A stretch of DNA of 64,000 nt. It comes from Podarcis melisellensis. Taxonomy: Eukaryota. The first letter of the stretch is position 1. Every line of letters begins with the position of its first letter. The stretch lies in NCBI GenBank assembly GCA_964234715.1, contig OZ174284.1, one strand, 5' to 3'. Position numbers and translations under genes: made by a program. Below, in pieces: positions 25,417-38,259 of the stretch. The notes under the pieces are model-generated. The model had not been told where the DNA came from. It saw only the letters and a list, made by a program, of their open reading frames with translations, and searched no databases.

Positions 25417-25869
25417 CTATAATGGGGGGGAGAGAGAAACAGAACAGGTATTATTTATGATAGACAAGCATGCAGACAACTTCATTTAATGCTTATTTAA
25501 AATTATTTATAATAGCAGTTCTAGTGCATGAAATCCTGTATCATCTTGATCCAGGGGTTATGCATATCTATAATCTTACCCTGTGAAACCGGAGAATATC
25601 AGTTTATATTTAAATACAAAAAAGGGGAAGTTAGCAGCTCTTAAGATACTAAAAATACCAGGCACTGTCAAACTCTCCAGAGTGAGAGCCAAGTATGGTT
25701 TCTAGTGTCCCAGGGGCAGTTATTTTGTAACTCTGATGTAGTGCATTTCTTTTTCAACTCTGCACTGTCTTCGAATCACCATCACACCATTGCTAATAAG
25801 GTGATCTTGGCATCTTTTAATTCACACTTGATGTCTGAAAAATGAGATTAAGGACCAGCCTGACTGAGC

Positions 25870-26015
25870 CTTGTGCCAGCATTACTTTTCGTGGACTACA
25901 GTCCATTTCATCAGGCGATGTCTGTGGAAGTTTATGCTATAATAAACCGGTCAGTCTTTTAAGGTGCCACAAGCCTCTTTGCTGTTTTTTGTCGCAACAG
26001 ACTAACACAGCTACT
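25870..26015 (+). mobile_element. Penelope-like retroelement terminal fragment (a second, inverted remnant near 56955-57012)
   Basis: AGTCTTTTAAGGTGCCACAAG...ACAGACTAACACAGCTAC motif; family assignment from memory. Confidence 0.5.
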
Positions 26016-26365
26016 CGGGACTGAATTCTCAAGTGATTCTGAGCTACCTTACAAGGGCGGTGCTTTCCACAAGAAAACACTTATCTAAACATATGGGATC
26101 TGTGCTTGTGCACTGCAGCAATTTGTAAACTTTGAGAACTTGGAAGAGACGGGGACCTCCACTCCTAAGCAGGGATTCCCTATGTCTCTACATAGCTCAG
26201 GGGTGAGTGAGAGCCACAGCTTGCTCCTTTGTTCTGCTGAACAGTTTTAGGGGGAAAGGGGGCAGGGGCTTCTAGAAAAGGTGACTCAAAAATAACTTTT
26301 CTTGGACAAACAACTCAACATTTCTTCAGACGATACAATTATTTGAAAATAATTTCTGATCCAAC

Positions 26366-26374
26366 CTGGTCCAT
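26366..26374 (-). CDS. BID: BID start codon segment (MDQ) in exon 26366-26428
   Basis: ttcttttgcAG| 54 nt UTR, gcaATGG in strong Kozak context, ATG GAC CAG|GTtgga phase 0; same short-first-coding-exon layout as mammalian BID. Confidence 0.85.
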
Positions 26375-26689
26375 TGCTGATGCTGAAGCCAGGTTACTTG
26401 TAATCTTCGGAAATCACAGGGCTTCTACCTGCAAAAGAAGAATTGCGTGTGACTTCTTTTCATCTCTTGGTTAATTCCCTCTCTGCAGCTCAAGCTTGCC
26501 AGTATATACCCAGCAATTACCATCTGAAGATCATAGAGGCCTCCTTGACAGATATTTCACACCAGAATTTTATATCTTTCCACAGACTGGGGGAAAGGGC
26601 AGAACTTCTCAAGATATTTTATTTGCACATACTGCTGCTGGTGTTTTCGTTGATGACAAATGGGTTTTTATAGAAATGTGTTTATTTGA

Positions 26690-27235
26690 CACTTCACTGT
26701 GTGGGGGGATGGTCCCTGCTGCATTGAAACAGGCAGTGATGCAACAGCTCCTGAAGAAACCAGCTCTGGACTGGAACAACTACTGACCAGTTGCAAATAC
26801 TCCCTCTTTTGGGGGAAGGTAGTGAAGAGGTCTGTGGTGGGGCAGATGCAAGCATTCTTAGAGGACCTTTGCAGATAGGAGGAGTGCAACCTTGCTCCAG
26901 CTTCTTGATCTCTCATCAGCAACCTCCTGGACCGGCTCCAGGGAATGGAAATTGGGGGCTGCAATCGTACTTCAGGACCAAGTCCAGAGAGTAGCATTGG
27001 AAGAGTGCCTTTTGGCCTCCTGGCAGCTACGCCATAGGGGACTCTCTTATCTCCAGTGCTATTTATTATCTACACGAAGCCATTGGGAGTGGTCATTAGA
27101 AGTTTCGTGGCAAGGTGCCGTCAGTGTGCTCATCACACTCAACCATATTTCTCCATAACATCTGAGCTAGGAAAGGCTGTGCAGTCCCTGGGACACTGCT
27201 TGGATGCAGTGGTGAAAATGATGAGGAAAATCATT
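26690..27235 (+). mobile_element. Degenerate L2/CR1-clade LINE reverse transcriptase fragment
   Basis: Frameshifted RT motifs: G-MVPAALKQAV..LLKKPALD..NY*PVAN, LQSYFR, LFIIYTKPLG-VIRSF..CRQCAHHTQPYFS (decayed YADDTQLY). Confidence 0.85.
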
Positions 27236-27657
27236 CTCAAAAAAGGAAGTGGCCCAGGACTCAGTTGTAAAATGTTAAGGGCTTTCAGGTAGCAGAGCCC
27301 AAGGCTTGTGGGGCAGGCATAGGAACCAATACCGGGATAGATGGACCAATGGTAACAAAACTTTCACAAGTCAGAAGGAAATGCTGGGAATGATTTACTC
27401 TGCCCCACCCCTGCTATCAGGAACCCCAAAGCTTTTCATCTCCAAACTACAACACCTTGGGCTGGCTTAATTAACATATCTGCATGCTCCCTTTCATGCA
27501 TAATTTCCAGATGCTCAATGCAGCCAGACAACAAAGTCACTGATGTTACATGGGATGGAAATGTTTTCAATGATTTATTTCTTTAATGGAAAATACCTTG
27601 AATTATTATTACAGGTTGATTACTGCTATTGGATGTATGGCAACGTAACAAATAAAC

Positions 27658-27793
27658 CAGCCACAGGCAAACTTGCCCCTACAGATGTTTTGGGATTACA
27701 ATTCCCATCATCCCTGGCCACAAGTCCTGTTAGCTAGGGATCATGGGAGTTGTAGTCCCAAAATATCTGGAGGGCCGAGTTTGCCTATGCCTG
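27658..27793. mobile_element. hAT-type palindromic MITE, 8-bp TSD
   Basis: TSD AAATAAAC at 27650-27657 and 27794-27801; internal ACAATTCCCAT / ATGGGAGTTGT inverted arms. Confidence 0.88.
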
Positions 27794-30700
27794 AAATAAA
27801 CAGCTTTTTCACAAGCTAAAATTAGTGTTCGTAGGCCTCAATGCTTTCCTTTTCTCCCCACGTAAATTGTAACAATGAAAATCAATGCCTGCAGTCAAGC
27901 TGTCATGAGCTTAACTACTTCCATGTACTCAAATTAAAATTATTTCCAAGCAACACTCCAAGTTTGACTTTAATTTAAATATATATGCAGGGCATTCCTA
28001 TGTATGTTTACTACCCAGGTAGGTGGTAACTTCCACACTGGATTATTGCACTTTCTTTTTTCTTTTACCATCCCACAATGTCTGCCTGAACACTCCACTG
28101 CAAATCTTGCTGCTCTTTGCCTGTGCAGTTTAAGCACAATTAAGCCTAGCTCAGACAAGGAGAATGAAAGCAGAGTACGAAGGAAGTGGGGACGCTGAAC
28201 AATAAACTCCAAAGGGGAAACCTCAAAGGAATAGGAAATCACTAAGGCAGACCAAATTGTTTTAACTTGGCAATAAAAACCACAGGAAATAAGTATCGGT
28301 CTGCGGCTCAGGCTCCAATTATCCACTAACAACTGGAAATGTATTCTTATTATTATAACCAGTTTATGGCCTGCCCGCCCACCACCCTAAGTCCCAGCAT
28401 GGGTTGCAACAACTAAAGCACCATGTTAAATATAGTTTAAAGCCACTTACAACCACAGAAGTAAGGTGCGTCCAAAAAGCATACATCTCAGGTGTCCAGG
28501 AGAGAAGTGTGTCACTTATCACCTACTGCAAGCAACCAGTGGCTGCCCTGATGCACAAGTATCAGACATGGTGGTCGGGCTCAATGGTAGCTGGAGACCA
28601 GCATCACCTGGAGGGATACAGCCTCTCCACACCTGCCTTAAGCAAAGCAAGCTGCAGTACTGTTGGTTAAGGTATGGCTGCCACGCAATCTATGTGACTG
28701 TTTTATACATGCTTTTAATATACTGTAAATCCCCTTGGGATGCTCCATGGGAAGCAATTATAAATGAATTACTACTCCTACTCCTACTACGAGTTCCCAG
28801 TCCAAAACCCAGGCTGCATATATTAATCTGTGGAAATATTGTAGATTTTATACTTCACAGAGCCTGCAGTGAACTTTAAATGAAGCCTTAAAGTTCAAAG
28901 CTTTGGTAAATCTGTTTGTTTTAATTTTTGCATGCGGGGGCAATCACAAAACGTATTATGTTGTACAAAAATTAGGAGCAATCCTATACTGAATGCAACG
29001 TGTGCAGAGAAAATGTTGGTCGAATATAAGAAAAAAGCTTAATTGGTTAAATGGAGATAACAGAACGTATGTAACCGAACTATAAAATGATTGCAATGCT
29101 TACTGGTGCCACCTAGGGATTGCCACCAAACTTCCAATACAAAACAGTGCAGACATTTGTCAGAACTGGGAAAGTGAAGTAGCTTTAGTTGCAGAGGTTG
29201 CAAAATATACCAAAGTATTTAATTCATAGATTGGCAAGGGGATACAAAACCCCCCAACTTTTTTGTGGGGGGAGAGAAGGCACAATAAACACTCAGAAAT
29301 CAAATTTATATAAGGCTCCACTAAAGGAAAGATGCCAAAGAAACTGAATTTTCAAAATGCAAGGGAAGATAAATGCCTTTGCATTACTGATTCATTCATC
29401 CCATACTTTTGACTACACTTCTCCATCACTTTCCTAACCACAAAAAGTCACTTCCTTTTTTAAAAGTAGACCTGTTGCACTAGGGTGACTACTTTAACTG
29501 CTGAAACCTCAGGAAAGAATTCAAGAGAAAGGAAAGAATTTTAAGAGAAATGTTCCATCAGCACAAACAGTTCAGCATGTCAAATGGAATAATTTCAGGA
29601 GGTGGGCAAGGAGAGAAGTCCCATTGTGCAAGCAGAAATCCTCAGGGTGGGGTGGGGGGGGGCTTCTGCTGATGGGACACATTAGGTGAATCTCACCCTA
29701 AACTTTCTGGTACGCACTTGAATCGCCAAGTAAAGATATGAAGGGTGTCAATTATATAAGGACAACAGTCATCATAATATCATCGTCACAGCCATGGAAA
29801 AACATATGTTCAAGTCAACAACCTAAAAAAATGACTCATGTTGCAAAGGTCATATTTATTAAGGAAGTAGCTGTCAACATCAAATTCTCAGCTCCCAAGT
29901 TCCAGGAAACACAAAACATTGTACTTCCGGAAGCAGGAGTGAATGACAGTAGTTCTCTAGGTGGACTTTTTTGGTCAAGTTGAAAAGCAGAATACTACCT
30001 GGCCATCTATTAATATTGGATGTGCTCCCTTTTAAATTTTTTGCTTTGTAGGCAATTACTTACACTGATTGCTTGCTCACCTCAAACTCCAATAGTAAGA
30101 ATGAAGTCTTTGGTGATAATACCCCTTAATTCCTTTAGTTGGGTATGATTCTTTTATTTTATTTTTAGCAGTTCTCATTGTCTGTTCAAGTTTCCAGCTG
30201 CTAAGTATCTGGGATGTAGGTTTGACAAGAGCCCTTTTTATTCCTGTTGCTTGTGGGAATTATCTTGTACCTCTAGCAGAGTTTGAAATTTCCCATGTGC
30301 CAGGCTCATTTTTCACCTGGCTATCGGTCACTTGTGACCACGTGAAGCTAGGAGCCAGAATGGCATCTGACGTCTCCACCCATCCTTGGATCTTGCCTGT
30401 TTTCACACACCAACAACACATCCTGTAGAATTCCGTCAGTTATTTTTATCTGCACAATCAGAATGAATTCAAGAGTTGCATTGAAAAATATGCTTTTGAG
30501 TTATCTGCCCCCTAAATGGCAACTAAACATTTCATTTTGGCGACTGTAACCCTGGTTTAAGGACCCACCTGGGTCCTTATATCTGAGTTTCTAACAGTGA
30601 CTCTAGACTGTGATTTAGGGGGCTTGCAGTGTTGTTTTCATTTATGATTACATTCACAGTGTCTAATCACAGGCTCACTAGCACAGAGTTAATTGCTCAC

Positions 30701-31045
30701 AGGAAAGAGACCTACCCATGTGAACCATTGAGTGAAGCCTGCCAAATGCGGAGAGGTGTTTGCACAGAGGACAGACAGCCTGAACAGCTCACGCGCTGCC
30801 AACTTGCAAAACGTTTTTTTTTTTTTTTTGCCTCAGGTAGTTTAATTGTCAGCTGCACACCTAAAGATAGGTGGTGGTGGAGAAACAGATAAGAGATATA
30901 GAAAGTAGATGCTGAAAAAAGTCTCACTGTTCCAAATGTAACAGAGACCAATCTTATCCAAACCCACAGGAGACTCCAGATTTTCAGAGGGTAACAGGAG
31001 CACACATGTGTGCAAATAATTCACACAAGCACGAAGTTCCTATGG

Positions 31046-31168
31046 TAAGGTTACCAGATTTTTTCCGATGAATCCAGGGACACTTTTCAGCTTCAACGGA
31101 TTTTGTATGGGGACTGATTTGTAAATCTGGGGACTGTCCCTGGGAAACGGGGACGTCTGGCAACCTTA
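31046..31168. mobile_element. hAT (Blackjack-like) MITE, 8-bp TSD
   Basis: TIR TAAGGTTACCAGA / TCTGGCAACCTTA; TSD TCCTATGG at 31038-31045 and 31169-31176. Confidence 0.88.
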
Positions 31169-32934
31169 TCCTATGGGTTATGGCCTCTATTCTCACATCC
31201 TGGCTCCAGAAGAAGCTTCTTGCAAGACACACCTGCCTCCAACCACAGTGGCAAAAGGGAAATATAATTGAGGCTTCTCAATTTACTCAATGGGTCACTG
31301 GCCAAACATATTATTATTAATAAAAAGAATAATATTCCAAGGTTGAAGTTAGACCCAAATTCACTTTGGAAAAGGAGGCCATTTCCTCCAATCATGAGCA
31401 AACCTGAGGAGGTCCGGCTGCAGGGGTGAGCTCGATTTTCCTCACATTTGCTCTTGTAATGGAACATACAGTCTCCAAATCAAACACAACAGCTCCCTCT
31501 CTAGTGCATCAAGCATGCTGTCCACATTGGTTTTTTATTTCAAGTGCCTTATGTGCATGTTTGTTTCATGCTTTAAAAGAAAAATTGGGGGTGGGGTGGT
31601 GGGTAGAGGAAGAAAATGTGGCTTTGTGACTAATACAAAGGCCAGACTATCAAAGTGGTAAAAATCTGGCTTCTGCTGAAAACTGCTGGTTTACTCCAAC
31701 CAAAATGTGGTGAGGATACTTCCACTGCAGATTGGCTGCAAAAATGATGTACTTCTGTGCGCAAGCTACACTTCTGTGAAACCCACTATCAAATCCGAAT
31801 GCATACAAGAATATTATCACGCTCTGAAAAGTGAGCAAACTCAGCACTGTTCAAAGTTGTAACACAAAAGTAGAATACATGCAACCTGAATCAGGTCCAA
31901 AACACTTGTGTGTATTCTTCGGCACTTACCCCTTTAAAATATTAGCAAGGTGGGAGAAATCCTTTCCTAATGCTGCTTACCTGCATTTTAGAGAAACAAG
32001 CGCCATATCACACACTTCAGACCCCAAGCAACCACTTATGGCCTCTATGGTGGATGGGAAAGAAACCACTCTTCCTATTTCCTTGACAAACCTATTCATC
32101 ACTGAGGCTTCTGCAGCTGTTGTTATGAGAAGCAGGGACTGAATATGACACATGCAATGGCAGCAAGTGAAGCTGGGAAAATGCCTAGAACTCCCTTGCC
32201 TCCCAGTAATCTTGGCAGGCTCCGAGGTACTTTAGCTACAGAAATGCTTGTTCCCAACGTTGTCACATTTAGGTGTGACTGAGGACATGAACATTAAGAT
32301 CAAGCTTGGGCCTAAACATTAAGATGAAGCTTGATTTGGAGAAAAAGCTCAGTGTCACCTCCCTCCAGCTGTGTCCCACTTTATCCTAAGGTAAAGTGAG
32401 TCAATTGTTGCCAGTCATCCTTATGGGTAAAGTATAGCACTGCATTCAGGAATGTGATTGTGATGCAATGTCTCACCCCATTCCACTCTTGATGATACAA
32501 GGTGGCCTTGCACCACTAGGAATATGGGGCAGGTGGGAACAGAAAGTGAGAGGATGTGTGAGATGAACTGCGCTTCCAATATTCAAGTTCTTCCTACACA
32601 CACACACACACACATTGCCTGCCACAATAATTTTTTTTTTTTTAAGTTATAGAAACAAAACCTAATTTCTCGCTTCTTGTTGTTTGGTCACACTGCACTA
32701 GGAATCGAGAACCTGTGGCCCTCCAGATATTTTATTTATTTATTTCAGCATTTAGATACTGCTTAGTAAGTAAATCAAAACAGGGATTTCCTGAACTCCA
32801 ACTCCCATTAGCCCCAGTAAACATGCCCAAAGATCAGGGATGATGTGAGCTACAGTTCAACAATACCTAAAGGAAGAGAAATTGGAGAACTGTCAGGGCT
32901 TTGGCGGGGTGCCAGTTAACTTTTTCCCTAGGCT

Positions 32935-33381
32935 GAGGTATTTATATTGCAACTACAATTGAGAAAAGAAAGGAGAGAGAACAACTGGAGGGACATGGGA
33001 CTTTCTGGACAAATGGATTAACATTTGGCAAAGAAAGAAGAAAAATTATGGACAAATAATTACTACATGCAGTAGCAAAAGGATATAGATCTTCATTTGT
33101 GGACTAATAAATTATTGAATGTGTTAATACAAATAGAAGTTATAAACGTTGCAGCTGCTGAATGGATTATAGAGTAATTACGATTGGAATACAACTGGAT
33201 TAAGTAAGACTTTGGAAGCAGATTTTTTTAAAAAAAAATCAAACCTGTAATTCTAGCACGCAGGGGGTGGGGGCACAAAAATTATACAATTGGGTATTTG
33301 ATTTGGTATTGTGATTTGATATAGATATAATGAGGTGTATTTTGGATTTGGAAACTAATAAAAATTATTGTAAAAAAAAAT
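32935..33381 (+). mobile_element. Possible 3' end of an L1/Tx1-like LINE
   Basis: A-rich biased segment ending AATAAAAATTATTGTAAAAAAAAA; no intact protein motif. Confidence 0.35.
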
Positions 33382-33999
33382 ACAGTTCTACGATGTCTAG
33401 AGCTGGGGTTCCCATGGGCACCCAAAAGACACCCCTGGTAACACTTGCCACGCCCCCCGCAACTCCCTATTTTATATATAAATACATATTAAAGGGGGAG
33501 GTTGTATGTATTTTGAGGCAGTGCAAATGTTTTTGCTTGTTTTGGCAGCTTATGCGAAACGGGTATTTTTTTCATGCTCATGTCTGTTTCTTAGATTTCC
33601 AAAAGTGCTTTTGGGCTAGAAAGATTGGGGACCCCAGATCTACAGGACCTGCAGTACATCCTCCTGTCTGCATTTGGCAAATGCAGCCAGGGCACCACAG
33701 CCATACAGGGTTCTCCCTCTGGACCCAACCAAGGAAAGTAAACAAGTTGCGGCAGCTGCTGTTTCTGCATCTCCTGGCTGCTGACTTTCCTGCTCCATCC
33801 ATGCTTGCAGGGAGAGGGGCACTGGCAGCAGGGAACTTTGCCCCATGAAGGGAGCCCCCAAAGCCCAAGGTCCTGGCTGAACATGCCATTGTGGGCATCT
33901 CTCTAGCAGCCAATGAGGCCTCCTGTTCCCCCAGCTCGGCCTGCCCAGCCAAGGAGCCGACAAGGCGCCCCAGGCCTGCCCTACCCCTGACCACCATCA

Positions 34000-35150
34000 C
34001 AACCACGGTTATTTTCGGACACCCCCAGTGGGGAATTTTTTGGGCAACGTCTGCCTGGGACGTGCGCGTGTCCTGCAAATACCTCCAAATGGGAGAAAAA
34101 ATAGGAAAACCGCGCAACAAAACACGAGGCGGGAAACCCAGAAAGAGCAACCGCACCCACCCAATGGTAAAAACAGAATAATAAACCGAATTAATCGGCT
34201 GTCCTCTGTCTTTTCATGGCTCTTCGAGGAGTCTCCCTCAAAAGCGCACACACAAAAGCCCTCAGGAAGGGAAGACCAGACAAGGAGCGAATGCTTAAAA
34301 AAAACGGCGCGTTCCCTTCGGCAATACTTTCCAAGCGTAGCTGCGGGCTAATAGTCTTGCCACGGCTACTGAAGACGAAGAGCAACATTTGCAGCAACTA
34401 TATGCTACTGCCACAGAATCGGGTTGCGCACACAGAGGGGGAAAAGCCACGAGGAAGCGCGGGGAGGAGGGGATTCCAGTCAGTGCCTTCTCAACATTCC
34501 CAAGCATTTTGGACTCTCTTTTTAGGCCGGAGATTTTTCGGCGAGGGGTGGGGGGTGAGGGAGGGGGCGCTGCCAACCGCCCGCCAGCAAAGCCCCCCCT
34601 TGCGACCACACCCTAGCGCGCGTCGGGGAAAGACGGGCTCTCCAAAGCCGGGCGCGGGAGAGGCGGGAAACCCCGCTTCTCCGAAGCCACTCACCATGCA
34701 AAGCGGCTCTGCCCAGCTCAGGTCCCGCAGCCCCGCCGCCTGCTCGCTCGCTCGCTCTCTTTCTTTTTTCGTCCGCTCCGCTCCGAGCAGCGGATTCGCC
34801 ACCGCGAGACTGACTTCACTTCCTCCTCGCGCCGCTTTTCGCGGTGCGCTCCTCCCCTCCAAATCCCGCTTTTTAAAGCGCCACGGGCCCTTTTCGCGAG
34901 CGGGCCTTTCCCACGAGTTGCACCTTGGTCTAAGGAAGAAGTGCTGGCAGCGGGGCGGCGACGGGGATTACACATTTCTGATTCAGCGACGTCCAGCCAA
35001 GGCGCTGCTCGGCGCTGCTTCTGAGAACAAGCTTTCCAAGAAGCGACTTGCCCGTCGCCTCCCGTCCAGCGCGCCGCGTTATTCGGACTAGGGCGCGCTT
35101 GAAGGCAGCCTTCTGATCGCGGGAGCTTTGACCTTCTGGCCCAAGTTTTA
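34000..35150. promoter_or_regulatory. BID: CpG island / BID promoter
   Basis: Only strongly CpG-dense, GC-rich kilobase in the window; contains GGAAGTGAAG ETS-type motif (minus, 34814-34823), TTTCGCG E2F-like motifs (~34837, ~34892) and kB-like GGGAAACCCC (34665-34674). Confidence 0.88.
34695..34850 (-). other. BID: BID first exon (5'UTR); TSS approximate
   Basis: Strong donor ATG|GTGAGT at 34694 inside the CpG island; TATA-like TTTAAAA at 34877-34871. Confidence 0.7.
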
Positions 35151-35442
35151 AATGCCTCCTGAAACCTTTCCTGCTCCGCCAGGCCTCTGCAGTCAATTAA
35201 GAATCCGTCCTTCCACAGTGCTTAACTGACGTCTGCTTTTAACTTCCCTACGGTTTTTAAGCTTTATTGTTGTAAACTGCCTTGTTATATTTTTAAATGA
35301 CACAGCGGTATATAATTTTTTTTAATATATGACCAAACATATGATTAATCAGATAATTCTGCATCAGTTTGCATAGTTTATTGCAGTAATGGTGAGGTGA
35401 GCCAGAATACCCGTTTTTAGGTGTCACACTCACAGTTATGGC

Positions 35443-35725
35443 CAGTGTGGTGTAATGGTTAGAGCAGCCTTCCTGAACTTGACGCTATCCAAAAGTTTTG
35501 GACTCTGCAGCCAACATGGCCAGTGGTCACGGAGAATGGGAGCTGTAGTCCAGCAACATCCAGTGGGCACCAAGACATGGGGAAGTCTGGGTTAGACTAG
35601 GCCTAAGGAGACCCAGGTTAAAATCCCCACAAAGCCATGAAGCCAACTGGAAGACTTGGGGCCAGATGCCATCTTTCAGCCTAACCTACCTTACAGGGCT
35701 GTTGTGAGGATAAAATGGGGAGGAG
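35443..35725 (+). mobile_element. tRNA-derived CORE/MIR-like SINE interrupted by the hAT MITE
   Basis: A-box TGGTGTAATGG, B-box-like GGTTAAAATCC, core CAGCCTAACCTACCTTACAGGGCTGTTGTGAGGATAAAATG. Confidence 0.75.
35465..35589. mobile_element. hAT-type MITE nested in a SINE
   Basis: TIR CAGCCTTCC / GGAAGTCTG; TSD GGTTAGAG / GGTTAGAC. Confidence 0.8.
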
Positions 35726-36239
35726 ACTCACATATACCATCTTCTGCTTCTTGGAGGGGGCACAGGAAGTAAATGGTTAATGATGGGGTAAACTTCCCCC
35801 CTTTTTGTCAGTGGATTGCATTTTATTGATTTATAAGTTTTATAAACTGCCTGAAGGACTTAGTTGATGGACAGAATAAAAATGGCATAAATAATACTTT
35901 GAAAATAAACGAATGTTCACATAAAGCAATATATTGGAAGAGGCATTCCCTCCAAAGTGTGACATACGGTAATAATAATGAAACTCTTCTAATGCACAGC
36001 TGTCACCCACAGACTTTGAAGTAGCAGCAAGTTACTTTAAAAATGCCCAAAGTTGGCCTGCCATGCCTTATACTTTAACGCTATCTGCTCTGGAAACTTA
36101 GTTTGAAAACAGTTCTAAAAACTGTAATGAAACTGCCTGAATCATTGCAGCAGGTAAGCAAGGTGGGAGTGCTAATCTGCAAAAAGATGAGGCAGCCGGT
36201 GTTTTGGAGGCAGGAAGTGGTAGGGAAAGAAGGAGTGTA

Positions 36240-36462
36240 CAGTGGTACCTCAGGTTAAGTACTTAATTCGTTCCGGAGGTCCATTCTTAACCTGAAACTG
36301 TACTTAACCTGAAGCACCACTTTAGCTAATGGGGCCTCCCGCTGCTGTTGCGCCGCTGGAGCCCAATTTCTGTTCTCATCCTGAAGCACTATTTCTGGGT
36401 TAGCAGAGTGTGTAACCTGAAGCCTATGTAACCTGAAGCGTATGTAACCCGAGGTACCACTG
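36240..36462. mobile_element. Tc1/mariner-type MITE
   Basis: TIRs CAGTGGTACCTCAGGTT / AACCCGAGGTACCACTG, TA TSD. Confidence 0.9.
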
Positions 36463-36488
36463 TATGTGAAATCTGCCTGTGTATCCTC

Positions 36489-36710
36489 AGAGCGGTGGAC
36501 TCGTAATCTGGGGAACCGGTTCGCTTCCCTGCTCCTCCACATGCAGCTGCTGGGTGACCTTGAGCTAGTCACACTTCTCTGAAGTCCCTCAGCCCCACTC
36601 ACCTCACAGAGTGTTTGTTGTGGGGGAGGAAGGGAAAGGAGAGTGTTAGCTACTTTGAGACTCCTTAAGGGGAGTGAAAGGTGGGATATCAAGCCCAAAC
36701 TCTTCTTCTT
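36489..36710 (+). mobile_element. tRNA-derived CORE-type SINE with (CTT)n tail, 5'-truncated
   Basis: GGGTGACCTTGAGCTAGTCAC core, CTCACCTCACAGAGTGTTTGTTGTG, tail CTCTTCTTCTT. Confidence 0.75.
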
Positions 36711-38211
36711 TAGCTAGCCTTCTGCTCTCAGGTGACAGTGGCAACACTGGCATCACCAATGTAGAACTAGGATTTAAATGCCTCTCCAGTTGGGTATTGT
36801 ACATGGAAAACAGCAAAATACGTTGTGAGGCTGAGAAGAAGCAGATTGCTTAAAGCGACCTGTTGAGTTGATGGCAGATAAGAGATTTGATTTGGTTTGT
36901 TCAGTTTGCAACCCTGTGCAGTCTTACGCGGGAGTAAGTTAGACCTGATCTCTGTTCATGTGATTGCTAAGGAAATGAAGCACCCTGCAGATGTTCTCTA
37001 GAGAACACAGGCAGAGTGAGAGTCTGGTGCTTCCTTATAATGGGTGCATTGGCTGTGGGCTCAGCTGTTTTAGCCAATGCCGTTTCCCCTTCCTGAAGAC
37101 GGGTAGGTGTGGGCTCAGTGGGGAAGAATTTGGGAATTCCCCTGCTGAACAGGTGAGCTGGGACACTGGGGGAATCCTCTGTTTCTGCCCCACTGAAAGA
37201 ATGAAACGTCTTTAAAAAGTAATGCAATGAGGTGCTTTCCTCACTGACTCATACTTTGTCTCGTGGTGCTGCAGGAGCATGCGGTTGTTATGCTGCATTC
37301 CCAAGACTGCCACACATGGAAAAGCAAAGGTGCTATCGATGGCTGTGTGCCTCTGGAGAGGTGGGGAGAGAGAGTTGCCATCTCTTCTCTAAAGTCACAG
37401 TTGTCAAAGTGTGCAAGAAGTGCAAGATGGACCCCAAGGTAACAAAGGCAGGAAGAGAGTTCTGCTTTGGTTTCTGCTTGTCTTTCTGCTTTTATCAAAG
37501 GAAGCCCCTTTTCTGAAGAACTAATAAAGCGTCTACATGACATACCTACCATCAAAATGACAGCCTGTACTTCCCACCCCTGCATATGTAATTATAAAAG
37601 GATGGGGGGGGGGAATGAGTCCTTTTAGGCAGGTTCTAGATCTGGCATTCAAAGCAGTTGCCCTAATGGTTTCTTATCTCTGCTAAGGAGAAAAAGTAGG
37701 TCTTTCAAATATACCCCCTAGTTTAATAAATCATGATAAAAATATAAAAACTGCTCCTTCTTAGGAATGCTTCTTTGTACACTGTGACATAGCAACTTTA
37801 AGACAAGGGACTGTGCCAGTTTTATCAGCATGTAGTTCAAAGGGTTCATTTGCTTGAAATAGAAAGGGGTGGGGCGAGAATGTGGCAGACTTGAACTGCA
37901 GATTCATACATTTCAAAATCTTCCCCACACTGTCTTCTGAACTTCCTCTTTCCTAGCAATAGAAAGTGAAACTGACAGCTGTTTTTAGCATGTCTGAACT
38001 GAGAAGTTATGAACTATGTATGTATGCTTCACTCCAACTCCTATCTGATAACAGTACTCACAACTGCCCTGCCACATAGGCTGTGTCTCAAGGTCACCCA
38101 GGAAGCATCAGGGCTATCTATCTACGAATCTGAACTTGGGTCTCCTTCAATACTTAGTGCCAATGTCATATTGCCTGAACTGGCAGTATATAAATGCAGT
38201 ATATAAATGCA

Positions 38212-38215
<4 letters not shown>

Positions 38216-38256
<41 letters not shown>
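38216..38256. repeat. (AT)n microsatellite
   Basis: About 20 perfect AT units. Confidence 0.95.

Positions 38257-38259
<3 letters not shown>

Noticed and set aside
34216-35091. 291-aa + strand ORF and overlapping ORFs at 33.3-35.2 kb
   Set aside because: Stop-poor GC-rich CpG island, low-complexity R/A/P/S composition, no recognisable domain
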